Below are positions 8,689 through 17,541 of a stretch of DNA of 32,000 nucleotides, piece after piece; within the stretch, counting starts at the first letter, position 1; each line of letters begins with the position of its first letter. The stretch is from an uncultured Bacteroidia bacterium (GTDB lineage: Bacteria; Bacteroidota; Bacteroidia; Bacteroidales; UBA932), in the NCBI GenBank assembly GCA_902774345.1, contig CACYHZ010000004.1, positions 16,307-48,306 of the forward strand, in the 5' to 3' direction. Made by a program: the position numbers and the translations under genes. The notes beneath the pieces are model-generated. The model was not told the DNA's origin, did not search any database, and saw only the letters and a program-made list of their open reading frames with translations.

Positions 8689-10008
8689 ATGGCAACCAAA
8701 GCATACCAAAGAGTCTATACCAAACTGGAAGGCATTACCAAGGCCACTGTGAGCCTGCGGGCCAAGGGCGTGAGCAACGACGAACTGGCCGTTGTAGGCG
8801 GCCGCCTGGCACAGGTGGTGCGCACCAAGGGGGATATGGTCACCCTGCAGATCTTCTCCGGCACCGAAGGCATCCCGACCGACGCCGAAGTCGTATTCCT
8901 GGGCGCGCCCCCTACCCTGAAAGTATCCGACCAGCTGTCGGGGCGTTTCTTCGACGCCTACGGTCATCCCATTGACGGCGGTCCCGAAATCGAAGGCGAA
9001 GAGCGCCAGATCGGCGGTCCTTCCGTGAACCCGTACAAGCGTCGCCAGCCCTCGCAGCTGATCCCGACCGGCATCGCCGGCATCGACCTGAACAATACCC
9101 TGGTTTCCGGTCAGAAGATTCCCTTCTTCGCGGACCCCGATCAGCCCTACAACCAGGTGATGGCCGACGTGGCCCTGCGCGCCGACGTGGACAAGATCAT
9201 CCTGGGCGGCATGGGTCTGTCCAATGACGACTATCTGTTCTTCCGCCACAGCTTCGAGGCCGCCGGTGCCCTGGACCGGATCATCTGCTTCATCAACACC
9301 ACGGAGAACCCGCCGGTGGAGCGTCTGCTGGTGCCCGATATGGCCCTCACCGCCGCCGAATACTTTGCCGTGGAAAAGAATGAGAAGGTGCTGGTGCTCC
9401 TGACCGATATGACCCTGTACGCCGACGCCCTGTCCATCGTGAGCAACCGTATGGACCAGATTCCGTCCAAGGACTCCATGCCGGGCTCCCTGTATTCCGA
9501 CCTTGCCAAGATTTACGAGAAGGCCGTGCAGCTACCCACCGAAGGCTCCATCACCATCATCGCCGTGACCACCCTGAACGACGGCGACATCACCCACGCC
9601 ATCCCGGATAACACCGGTTATATCACGGAAGGTCAGCTGTTCCTGCGTGCCGATTCCGATACCGGAAAGGTCATCATCGACCCCTTCCGTTCCCTGTCCC
9701 GTCTGAAACAGCTGGTGCAGGGCAAGAAGACGCGCGAGGATCACTCCCAGGTGATGAACGCCTCCGTGCGTCTGTACGCCGATGCCCAGAATGCCAAGAC
9801 CAAGCTGGAGAACGGCTTCGACCTGTCCGACTACGACCACCGCTGCCTGGCCTATGCCAAGGACTATGCCCGCGAACTCCTGGCCATCGACGTAAACATC
9901 TCCATCACCGAGATGCTGGATACCGCCTGGAAGCTCTTCGGCAAGTATTTCAGCCCGGCCGAAACCGGTATCAAACAGGCGCTGATTGACAAATACTGGG
10001 TCAAATAA
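8689..10008 (+). CDS. atpB: V-type ATP synthase subunit B
   Basis: 439 aa, alpha/beta-type fold without an intact P-loop. Contains VLVLLTDMTLYADALSIVS and PGSLYSDLAKIYE. Starts 3 nt after atpA. Confidence 0.95.
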   Translation: MATKAYQRVYTKLEGITKATVSLRAKGVSNDELAVVGGRLAQVVRTKGDMVTLQIFSGTEGIPTDAEVVFLGAPPTLKVSDQLSGRFFDAYGHPIDGGPEIEGEERQIGGPSVNPYKRRQPSQLIPTGIAGIDLNNTLVSGQKIPFFADPDQPYNQVMADVALRADVDKIILGGMGLSNDDYLFFRHSFEAAGALDRIICFINTTENPPVERLLVPDMALTAAEYFAVEKNEKVLVLLTDMTLYADALSIVSNRMDQIPSKDSMPGSLYSDLAKIYEKAVQLPTEGSITIIAVTTLNDGDITHAIPDNTGYITEGQLFLRADSDTGKVIIDPFRSLSRLKQLVQGKKTREDHSQVMNASVRLYADAQNAKTKLENGFDLSDYDHRCLAYAKDYARELLAIDVNISITEMLDTAWKLFGKYFSPAETGIKQALIDKYWVK

Positions 10009-10616
10009 TGGCTATTAAATTCCAATATAACAAAACATCCCTGACGGAACTGGGCAAGCAGCTCAAAGTCCGGCAGCGGGCGCTTCCCACCCTGCAGAAC
10101 AAGGAGAGCGCCCTGCGGCTGGAAGTGCGCAAGGCCAAGGCCGACAGCGAGCGTCTGATTGCCGAGTTGGAAGAGGCCTTGAAGCAGTACGACTACCTGG
10201 CCGCCCTGTGGAATGAATTCGACGCGGGGCTGATCAGCATCACCGACGTGGATCTGTACACCAGGAAGGTGGCTGGCGTAAAAACCCCCGCCCTGAAGGA
10301 AATCCACTACGCCCTGAAGGAATTCAACGCGTTCGTGAAGCCTGCCTGGTACGCCGACGGCGTGGCCATCCTGAAAGAGCTGAGCCGCCTGGGCATCGAG
10401 TCGGAGGTCTATCTGGAAAAGGCGCGCATCCTGGACTACCAGCGGAAGAAAACCACGCAGAAAGTGAACCTGTACGAGAAAGTGCAGATTCCCGGTTACC
10501 AGGAAGCCATCCGTAAAATCAAACGCTACATGGAAGACGAGGAGAACCTCTCCAAGGCGTCGTCCAAGATTGTCAAAAACCGTCACGCAGAGGAAGAGGA
10601 GGCCTCCCGTCTATGA
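10008..10616 (+). CDS. atpD: V-type ATP synthase subunit D
   Basis: 202 aa coiled-coil central stalk protein (TELGKQLKVRQRALPTLQNKESALRLE). The start overlaps the atpB stop (TAATG). Confidence 0.88.
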   Translation: MAIKFQYNKTSLTELGKQLKVRQRALPTLQNKESALRLEVRKAKADSERLIAELEEALKQYDYLAALWNEFDAGLISITDVDLYTRKVAGVKTPALKEIHYALKEFNAFVKPAWYADGVAILKELSRLGIESEVYLEKARILDYQRKKTTQKVNLYEKVQIPGYQEAIRKIKRYMEDEENLSKASSKIVKNRHAEEEEASRL

Positions 10617-12403
10617 TATCTTCCATGACCAAATACTCCTTCATTCTGCTGAATGGAGAACAACAGGACTTGCTGGAACGGCTCCAGGAAGTGGGGCTGA
10701 TGGACATCACCCGCAGCACCAAGGCCATTGACGAAAAGTCAAGGGATATCGTTTCCGAAATCGACCTGATCAGCGGCCTTATTGCCGGCCTCAAGAAGGC
10801 GGAAGTTCCGGAAGGGACGGAACCCGAATTCATCGACGGAGACATCGTCCGCCTGGCTGGCGGCATGCTCATGCGCTACGCCGACGACCAGGTGGATATC
10901 AAGAATCTGGAGAGAGAGCTGGAAGATGTTCGCGCCTGGGGCAGCTACGACGTTGAAATTCTGAAAAAGCTGGAACAGGCCGGTGTGCCCATTCACTTCC
11001 ACGTTGCACCATCCAAACTCTTCAAACAATACAAGAAGGAGTTAAAGGAGGATTACCCGATCCGGGTTATCAAAGCCGGCAAGGCCCGCACCTGGTTCGT
11101 AGTAGCCGGAGAAGACGACCTCCCCTTTGAAGTTTCCCTTCCCCGCGACAACGTGGAGACTGTCCAAAAGGAGCTCAACGAGAAGAAACAGCACTACCAG
11201 AGGGTCTTGAGCCGTATTGCCAGCGCCAAAGAGCGTATTCCGGAATTAGAGCTGGCGCGCACCCGGGCACTTGAGAAACTGGACATCTACCTTGCCGGAT
11301 CATCCGCAGTTCCCGCAGCCGAAGACACCATCGTCACCCTGGTGGGGTACGCCCCTGCCGAGGACGAAGCCACCGTCTGCGCCGCGCTGGATCAGGCCGG
11401 CTACTTCTACCTGAAGGAAGAAGCCCATGTGGCCGATAATCCGCCCATCAAATACCGGAACAATTGGTTTGCCCGGCAGTTTGAAGTGCTCACGGACATG
11501 TATGGACGCCCGTCCTATGACGAGTTCGACCCCACCCCCATCCTGGGTCCCTTCTTCCTCCTGTTCTTCGCCATGTGTATGGGTGACGCAGGCTATGGCC
11601 TGCTACTGATCCTGATCGGCTGGCTGCTGAGAAAGAATGAGCTGGGACCGCTGGTTATGATGCTGGGCGTCGGAACCTTCCTGGTGGGCATTGTCCTGCA
11701 CACCTTCTTCGGTATCAACTTGTACACCGCCACGTGGGTTCCTGAATGGCTCAAGGGCTGCATGATCAGCGGAACGGTCGCCGGATATGACGCGCAGATG
11801 GTCATGGCCGTAGGCGTCGGTATCTTCCATATCTGCCTGGCCCTGGTCGTCAAAGCCATCTGCTTCACTTCCCGCTTCGGCTTTGTCAAGTCCATCAGCA
11901 CCTGGGGGTGGACCATCCTCATTGTCGGTTCCGTCATCATCGGCGGGCTGGCCCTTCTGGGGGTACTGGAGATGCCGGTCGTGAAGTGGCTGATGATTGC
12001 CCTTGGGATCCTTTCCGGCCTTGGCATTTTCCTGCTGAACGATGTGCACCGAAATCCCTTGCTGAATATCGGTTCCGGCCTATGGGACACGTATAACACG
12101 GCTACCGGCCTGATGGGAGATGTGCTCAGTTATCTGCGTCTGTATGCCCTGGGACTGGCCGGAGGCATGCTGGGCAACACCTTCAATTTACTGGCAGGCA
12201 TGAGCCTGGGAATCTCTACTCCCGGCGTGAACTACCTGGTGTTCGCCTTCATCCTCATCGTCGGCCATGTGCTGAACCTGGCACTTTCCTGTCTGGGCGC
12301 CTTTGTCCATCCGCTGCGACTCACCTTCGTGGAGTATTTCAAGAACAGCGGATACGAAGGATCCGGACGCATGTATCATCCATTGAAACAATCTAACAAA
12401 TAA
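10613..12403 (+). CDS. atpI: V-type ATP synthase subunit I (a-type stator subunit)
   Basis: 596 aa. The N-terminal half is soluble and coiled-coil; the C-terminal half is polytopic membrane, with a conserved Arg in LSYLRLYALGLAG. The start overlaps the atpD stop. The true start could instead be M5 (10625). Confidence 0.9.
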   Translation: MISSMTKYSFILLNGEQQDLLERLQEVGLMDITRSTKAIDEKSRDIVSEIDLISGLIAGLKKAEVPEGTEPEFIDGDIVRLAGGMLMRYADDQVDIKNLERELEDVRAWGSYDVEILKKLEQAGVPIHFHVAPSKLFKQYKKELKEDYPIRVIKAGKARTWFVVAGEDDLPFEVSLPRDNVETVQKELNEKKQHYQRVLSRIASAKERIPELELARTRALEKLDIYLAGSSAVPAAEDTIVTLVGYAPAEDEATVCAALDQAGYFYLKEEAHVADNPPIKYRNNWFARQFEVLTDMYGRPSYDEFDPTPILGPFFLLFFAMCMGDAGYGLLLILIGWLLRKNELGPLVMMLGVGTFLVGIVLHTFFGINLYTATWVPEWLKGCMISGTVAGYDAQMVMAVGVGIFHICLALVVKAICFTSRFGFVKSISTWGWTILIVGSVIIGGLALLGVLEMPVVKWLMIALGILSGLGIFLLNDVHRNPLLNIGSGLWDTYNTATGLMGDVLSYLRLYALGLAGGMLGNTFNLLAGMSLGISTPGVNYLVFAFILIVGHVLNLALSCLGAFVHPLRLTFVEYFKNSGYEGSGRMYHPLKQSNK

Positions 12404-12412
12404 AAATAATAA

Positions 12413-12841
<429 letters not shown>

Positions 12842-12878
12842 GGCAGCGCCTCAAAAACTGAATATCAGCTATCTGTAT

Positions 12879-12910
12879 AAAACCGTCTCCGTTTTTTGCG
12901 GGACGGTTTT
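12879..12910 (+). terminator. Hairpin terminator after the V-ATPase operon
   Basis: AAAACCGTC(T)CCG, loop TTTTTTG, then CGGGACGGTTTT. This gives a 12-bp stem with one bulge. The A and T tracts are part of the stem arms. Starts 38 nt after the atpK stop. Confidence 0.6.
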
Positions 12911-12937
12911 ATCGGATGGTTCAAGCGAAAACCCATT

Positions 12938-13681
12938 ATGTCCATCGTCCGACACGCCGTGAGCCAGCAGCCTCCCCGCGTTACCAGTGCGGAGGCCATG
13001 ATTGACGTAGTCCTGGAAATGGGGATTGTCCCTTTCTTTGAAAACGCCATCCCTGGCTATTCCATCGAAGAAATGACGCCCCGGGAGAATTGGTTCGACA
13101 CGCAGGAGAACCTCGGTTTCACGCCCTGGGACTGGAAGATTGCCTGCGTCCAGAGCGGGGACATCGCCTACGGAAAATTCCTCCTTAGAGGAAAGGCGGC
13201 CTTCGCCACTGTGGAGTGGTACCGGGAACTCAGGAACTATCGGCAGTCGCTGCCGGCCTTCCAGCCCGACAAAGCCCAGCAGCAGATTCTGGACTATCTG
13301 GCCGAGAACGGCAGCATCGGCATCAAGGAAGTGCGCGGACTTCTGGGTATCAAGAAGGGGCAGGCCGATGCCCTGATGACACGCCTGATGATGCAGTGTC
13401 GCGTGCTCACGGGTGACATCACCCGCGTGTACCGCGGTCCGGACCTGCAGTACAATGGCTGGCAGGTCAGCTCCTTCTGCACGCCGGAGGCCTTCTTCGA
13501 CGGCGGAACGCCCTTCGCCGCTTTTCCCGGCTTCCCCTTTGCCGATGAACCCGCCCTCACGGTGAAGCATTCGGCCCGGGAATCCTACGAGCGGCTGGTG
13601 GAAAAGGTCCGCAGCCTTGCACCCGGCGCCACCGACAAACAAATTGCCAAATTACTGGGAGGTCTGCCCGATTTTTCGTAA
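12938..13681 (+). CDS. AlkZ-related / winged-helix family protein (function unknown)
   Basis: 247 aa from ATG 12938. The track start 12896 lies inside the terminator hairpin. The pattern IVPFFENAIPGYSIEE...PWDWKIA...AYGKFLLRGKAAF resembles proteins I recall annotated as AlkZ-related. This is a recollection, not a search result. Confidence 0.5.
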   Translation: MSIVRHAVSQQPPRVTSAEAMIDVVLEMGIVPFFENAIPGYSIEEMTPRENWFDTQENLGFTPWDWKIACVQSGDIAYGKFLLRGKAAFATVEWYRELRNYRQSLPAFQPDKAQQQILDYLAENGSIGIKEVRGLLGIKKGQADALMTRLMMQCRVLTGDITRVYRGPDLQYNGWQVSSFCTPEAFFDGGTPFAAFPGFPFADEPALTVKHSARESYERLVEKVRSLAPGATDKQIAKLLGGLPDFS

Positions 13682-13703
13682 GTTTGTAGTAAATACAGTA
13701 CCC

Positions 13704-15125
13704 ATGAGTGCATCCATCCTGAAACCGCTCTTCGAATCCTACACAGGGCAGCAACTGTCTGAAGTGCTGGAACTTCCCTCTTCCGGCAGCAACCGCCGCT
13801 ACTTCCGCCTGCGGGGCGGAAACCTGACGCTCATCGGCGTAATGGGCAGCTGCAGGGAAGAGAACGAAAGTTTCATCTACCTGTCCAAGCATTTCCGGGA
13901 GAAGGGCTTGCACGTTCCGGCCGTCCTGGCCCACAGTGAGGATTCCCTGGCCTATATCCAGGAGGACCTGGGGGACCAGATCCTCTTCAACCTGGTTTCC
14001 CAGGGGCGGGAAAGCGGCTTTTACAATTCGATGGAAACCGAGCTGCTGCGCTGCAGCGTGGAGCAGCTGCCCCGCATCCAGTTCCTGGGTGCCCAGGGGC
14101 TGGACTGGGGCCGCTGCTATCCGCAGGAGAGCTTCGACGCCCGGATGGTGGACTTCGACCTGAATTATTTCAAGTACTGTTTCCTGAAAGCTACGGGACT
14201 GGAATTCAACGAGATCAAGTTGCAGGAGGACTTCGAGCGGCTGAAGGCCGATTTGCTCCAGGAGGAGGACAATACCTTCCTGTACCGGGACTTCCAGGCG
14301 CGCAACGTGATGATCAAGGACGGAGAGCCCTGGTTCATCGACTTTCAGGGCGGCCGCCGCGGCCCCATCTATTATGACGTAGCCTCTTTCATCTGGCAGG
14401 CCCGTTCCCGCTTCCCGGAGGACCTGAAGCAGGACCTGATCCGCACCTATCTGCGCGCCCTGCAAAGCTTCAAGCAGGTGGACGAAACGGCTTTCTACGC
14501 CCGTCTGAGGCTGTTTGTCCTGTTCCGCACCCTGCAGGTTCTGGGCGCCTACGGCTTCCGCGGCTACTTCGAGAAGAAGCCCCATTTCCTGGCCAGCGTC
14601 CCCTATGCCATGGCCAGCCTGCGCACCCTGCTGCAGACACCGTTCACGGACTATCCCTATCTGAATCAGATTCTGAGCCAGCTGTCCGTGATGCCGGAGC
14701 TCAACGATATGGCCCAGGACAACCGCCTGCAGGTACACATCTACAGTTTCGCCTATAAGAAAGGCATCCCGGTGGACAACACGGGAAACGGCGGCGGCTA
14801 TGTCTTTGACTGCCGGGCCATCAACAACCCGGGCAAATATGAATACTACCGCCAGTTCATCGGCACGGATCCCGAAGTGATCAAGTTCCTGGAGGACGAC
14901 GGCGAAGTAACCCTGTTCCTGGAAAGCGTCTATAAACTGGTGGACGCCCATGTGCAGCGTTTTATGGAACGCAAATTCACCAACCTGCAGGTGAGTTTCG
15001 GCTGCACGGGCGGTCAGCATCGTTCCGTCTATTGCGCGGAGCACCTGGCCCGCCACCTGGCCGACAAGTACAACGTCAAGGTCCTGCTCACCCACCGGGA
15101 GCAGAATCTGGAACGCATGCTGTAA
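13704..15125 (+). CDS. Fusion protein: AmgK-like (APH-fold) sugar kinase N-terminal domain plus RapZ C-terminal-like domain
   Basis: 473 aa from ATG 13704. Kinase catalytic loop YRDFQARNVM and metal-binding FIDFQGGRRGPIYYDVASF. The C-terminal ~130 aa (nt 14727..15122) read YSFAYKKGIPVDNTGNGGGYVFDCRAINNPG...VSFGCTGGQHRSVYCAEHLA, which is collinear with the RapZ C-terminal domain. Confidence 0.8.
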   Translation: MSASILKPLFESYTGQQLSEVLELPSSGSNRRYFRLRGGNLTLIGVMGSCREENESFIYLSKHFREKGLHVPAVLAHSEDSLAYIQEDLGDQILFNLVSQGRESGFYNSMETELLRCSVEQLPRIQFLGAQGLDWGRCYPQESFDARMVDFDLNYFKYCFLKATGLEFNEIKLQEDFERLKADLLQEEDNTFLYRDFQARNVMIKDGEPWFIDFQGGRRGPIYYDVASFIWQARSRFPEDLKQDLIRTYLRALQSFKQVDETAFYARLRLFVLFRTLQVLGAYGFRGYFEKKPHFLASVPYAMASLRTLLQTPFTDYPYLNQILSQLSVMPELNDMAQDNRLQVHIYSFAYKKGIPVDNTGNGGGYVFDCRAINNPGKYEYYRQFIGTDPEVIKFLEDDGEVTLFLESVYKLVDAHVQRFMERKFTNLQVSFGCTGGQHRSVYCAEHLARHLADKYNVKVLLTHREQNLERML

Positions 15126-15129
15126 CGCG

Positions 15130-15882
15130 ATGAAAGCGATGATCTTTGCCGCCGGGCTGGGCACGCGCCTGCGTCCCATCACGGATTCGATGCCCAAGGC
15201 GCTGGTACCCGTCTGTGGGAAACCGTTGCTGTATCACACCATCGAAAAACTGCGGGAAAGCGGCTACGACCAGCTGGTCGTGAACGTGCATCACTTCCCG
15301 GATATGATTCGCCGCTATCTGGCCGATCATGATTTCGGCGTACAGATTGCGATTTCCGATGAATCGCAGGCACTGCTGGAAACCGGAGGCGCCATCCTGC
15401 ATGCCAAGCCCCTCCTCCTGCCCTGCGAGGAACCTTTCCTGGTGCACAACGTGGATATCGTCTCGAATCTGGACATCGCCTGGCTTCGCAGCCAGACCCC
15501 TGCCGACGCCCTGGCCACCCTGCTGGTGAGCGAACGGGAGACCCGCCGCTACCTGCTCTTCGATGAAGGGATGCGCCTGATGGGCTGGACCGATACCGCC
15601 ACCGGGCAGGTGCGCAGTCCCTATCCGGATCTGAAGCCGGAGCTGTGCCGGCGCTATGCCTTTGCCGGCATCCACAACATTTCGCCCCGGATCTTTGCGG
15701 CGTTCGAGGCCCTGCACATGCCCGTGCGCTTCCCCATTATCGACTTCTACCTCCAGGCCTGCGCCCAGTACCCCATTTACGGGGTGGCGGCTCCGGGGCT
15801 GCAACTGGTGGACGTCGGTAAAATAGACACGCTGGCCCAGGCGGAACGCATTTGCGAAAGCCTGCTTCCCCAGGCACAATAG
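15130..15882 (+). CDS. Nucleotidyltransferase, MurU-like (N-acetylmuramate-1-phosphate uridylyltransferase family)
   Basis: N-terminal MKAMIFAAGLGTRLRPITDSMPKALVPVCGKPLL (G-x-G-T-R-x-P sugar-nucleotidyltransferase signature). 250 aa. Starts 4 nt after the kinase gene. Confidence 0.8.
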   Translation: MKAMIFAAGLGTRLRPITDSMPKALVPVCGKPLLYHTIEKLRESGYDQLVVNVHHFPDMIRRYLADHDFGVQIAISDESQALLETGGAILHAKPLLLPCEEPFLVHNVDIVSNLDIAWLRSQTPADALATLLVSERETRRYLLFDEGMRLMGWTDTATGQVRSPYPDLKPELCRRYAFAGIHNISPRIFAAFEALHMPVRFPIIDFYLQACAQYPIYGVAAPGLQLVDVGKIDTLAQAERICESLLPQAQ

Positions 15883-15921
15883 AAAAATCCGATGTGGCGG
15901 AAAACCACATCGGATTTTTTT
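15883..15921. terminator. Bidirectional rho-independent terminator
   Basis: Perfect 15-bp stem AAAAATCCGATGTGG / CCACATCGGATTTTT with a 7-nt loop, flanked by A and T tracts. Lies between convergent genes that end at 15882 and 15940. Confidence 0.85.
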
Positions 15922-15939
15922 AGAGCATGTTAAGGGGAA

Positions 15940-16347
15940 CTAGTAGGTCACAACGGGTTCCAGCTCCTTGGCTGCATCGATGTACTTCTGGATTTCCTTC
16001 TCGACGGGGGTGCGCTTGCACAGGTGCTTGGCTTCATTCACCTCCAGCATCTTGGCGGCCAGGTTGGCGGCGTTGCGGTTGCGGAGTTCTTTCACAGTAT
16101 CCACACCGGCTGCTTCCAGCAGTTCAGAGAACTGAGGACCTACACCCTTGATACGGAAAAGATCGGCGTGATTCACCCAGGTCAGAATGAGGTCTCCACG
16201 GATGCCGGTTTCCTCTTCCAGTGCCTTGCGGCCCTTGGGGCAGGCACCTTTGGCCAGAAGTTGATCTACAGTTTCAATGCCAACGGCGATGAGCTTTTCG
16301 GCATAAACGGGGCCGATTCCTTGAATGTCAATGATTTTGTAAGCCAT
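15940..16347 (-). CDS. DUF4332 domain protein (tandem helix-hairpin-helix)
   Basis: 135 aa. Two HhH-like units, IQGIGPVYAEKLIAVGIETVDQLL and IKGVGPQFSELLEAAGVDTVKEL. The C-terminal PVVTY is typical of the family as I recall it. Confidence 0.7.
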   Translation of the reverse strand: MAYKIIDIQGIGPVYAEKLIAVGIETVDQLLAKGACPKGRKALEEETGIRGDLILTWVNHADLFRIKGVGPQFSELLEAAGVDTVKELRNRNAANLAAKMLEVNEAKHLCKRTPVEKEIQKYIDAAKELEPVVTY

Positions 16348-16388
16348 AATTAGTGATATTTTGGTGTTGTAAGTTGCTAATTCATTAT

Positions 16389-16396
16389 CAAAGTTA
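16389..16396 (-). promoter_or_regulatory. -7 promoter box TAACTTTG for the DUF4332 gene
   Basis: The minus strand carries TAACTTTG 41 nt upstream of ATG 16347. Confidence 0.35.
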
Positions 16397-16428
16397 AAAA
16401 ATTTCGCGGAAAAAAGAAAATATTTTCA

Positions 16429-16436
16429 TATATTTG
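16429..16436 (+). promoter_or_regulatory. -7 promoter box TATATTTG for the hypothetical/LRR/rlu gene string
   Basis: TATATTTG lies 19 nt upstream of ATG 16456, in a 108-nt AT-rich divergent gap. Confidence 0.4.
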
Positions 16437-16455
16437 TCGCAGTAGGCAATATTTT

Positions 16456-16917
16456 ATGGATTCTTATCCGCTCGATCACGAGAAAGTTTACCTTTCTTCC
16501 GACATGCTCACACTGGACTGTGAAGACGGTCCGGTGACGTGCAAAATTGCCGAGTGGTTGCAGCGGGATCCCGTCCGGATTCACCGGATGGTGGTCAAGG
16601 AAAAGGCCATCCAGGTGGACCAGCTGGAAGTGTTCCTGCCCCTGGTGTCCAAACTCAGAAGGGCCGACTACGATTACTACAAGCGCATCACCGGACTCAA
16701 GATGATGATCGACTTCCCCGGCTATCCTTCGGAAATTGAGGCCCGTATCCCGTACGACACCGATCCCATCGCCTTCTACAAGTGGTGGCGCAAGGGCAAA
16801 AACGAGCACCGCGTGTACCTGTCCCCCGCCTACCAGTTCAAACTGTTTCAGAAAGTGTCCAAGATGGAGCCCAAGATCATGCTCAAGAAGGACATCGAAT
16901 TCGTCAATAATTTCTAA
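16456..16917 (+). CDS. Hypothetical protein (no recognisable domain)
   Basis: 153 aa. GC3-rich codon usage matches neighbouring genes. A promoter box lies upstream, and the gene ends 3 nt before the LRR gene. No signal peptide or TM segment. The competing minus-strand ORF 16426..17190 has antisense-artefact composition. Confidence 0.6.
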   Translation: MDSYPLDHEKVYLSSDMLTLDCEDGPVTCKIAEWLQRDPVRIHRMVVKEKAIQVDQLEVFLPLVSKLRRADYDYYKRITGLKMMIDFPGYPSEIEARIPYDTDPIAFYKWWRKGKNEHRVYLSPAYQFKLFQKVSKMEPKIMLKKDIEFVNNF

Positions 16918-16920
16918 GCA

Positions 16921-17541
16921 ATGACCTGGGAACAGATGATGGCCGTCCCTACAGCCCCTTCGGCAGAAGAATTCGACCGGGACTTTTGGGACGACGACAA
17001 CCGCGTCTGCTATTCCGCCGACGGGAAGCGCCTGCTGGACGCCGAGAATTTCCCTGCCGAAATCACCGTTCTGGAGGGCTGTAAGGTCATTTGTGACGAT
17101 GCCTTCGCATTCCAGGATTATATGGCGGGCCGAAAAATCGGCGAAGAGATTCCCCTGGACGAGCGCTCCTCCTATCTGGAAAAGATCCATCTGCCCAATT
17201 CAGTAACCCATATCGGCGCCAATGCCTTTGCCGAATGCGGGGAACTCGTATCCATCAAACTGCCTACGGGCCTCGTGAGCATCGGCGAATCGGCCTTTGT
17301 GGACTGCTGGCAACTGGAAAAGATTGCATTGCCGGCCAAGACGATGGTCCTGGGCCCCCGGGCGTTCCAGGGCTGCATCAACCTGTACCAGGTCCGCCTG
17401 AACAAGGCGCTGGAAGCCATCGGGGAAGACTGCTTCGACGACTGCGAATCCCTGGAGACCATCCTGGTCCCCAAGGGAATGAAAGACCATTTTAAGAAGC
17501 TGCTTCCCAAGAAGTTACATAAGTTATTGGAAGAACTATGA
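16921..17541 (+). CDS. BspA-type leucine-rich repeat protein, no signal peptide
   Basis: 206 aa. Repeated ~23-aa units (HLPNSVTHIGANAFAECGELVSIKLPTGLVSIGESAFVDCWQLEKIALPAKTMVLGPRAFQGCINLYQVRL...IGEDCFDDCESLETILVP). The N-terminus MTWEQMMAVPTAPSAEEF is not hydrophobic. Confidence 0.8.
   Translation: MTWEQMMAVPTAPSAEEFDRDFWDDDNRVCYSADGKRLLDAENFPAEITVLEGCKVICDDAFAFQDYMAGRKIGEEIPLDERSSYLEKIHLPNSVTHIGANAFAECGELVSIKLPTGLVSIGESAFVDCWQLEKIALPAKTMVLGPRAFQGCINLYQVRLNKALEAIGEDCFDDCESLETILVPKGMKDHFKKLLPKKLHKLLEEL

Noticed and set aside
13557-15197. 546-aa minus-strand ORF antisense to the kinase/RapZ-C fusion gene
   Set aside because: No motifs and antisense-type composition. The plus-strand product has kinase and RapZ-like signatures.
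16426-17190. 254-aa minus-strand ORF spanning the hypothetical and LRR genes
   Set aside because: It crosses the boundary of two plus-strand genes, one of which has clear LRR periodicity. Its composition looks antisense, and its 5' end lies inside the LRR gene with no promoter context, whereas the plus-strand orphan ORF it opposes sits right behind the 16429..16436 box.
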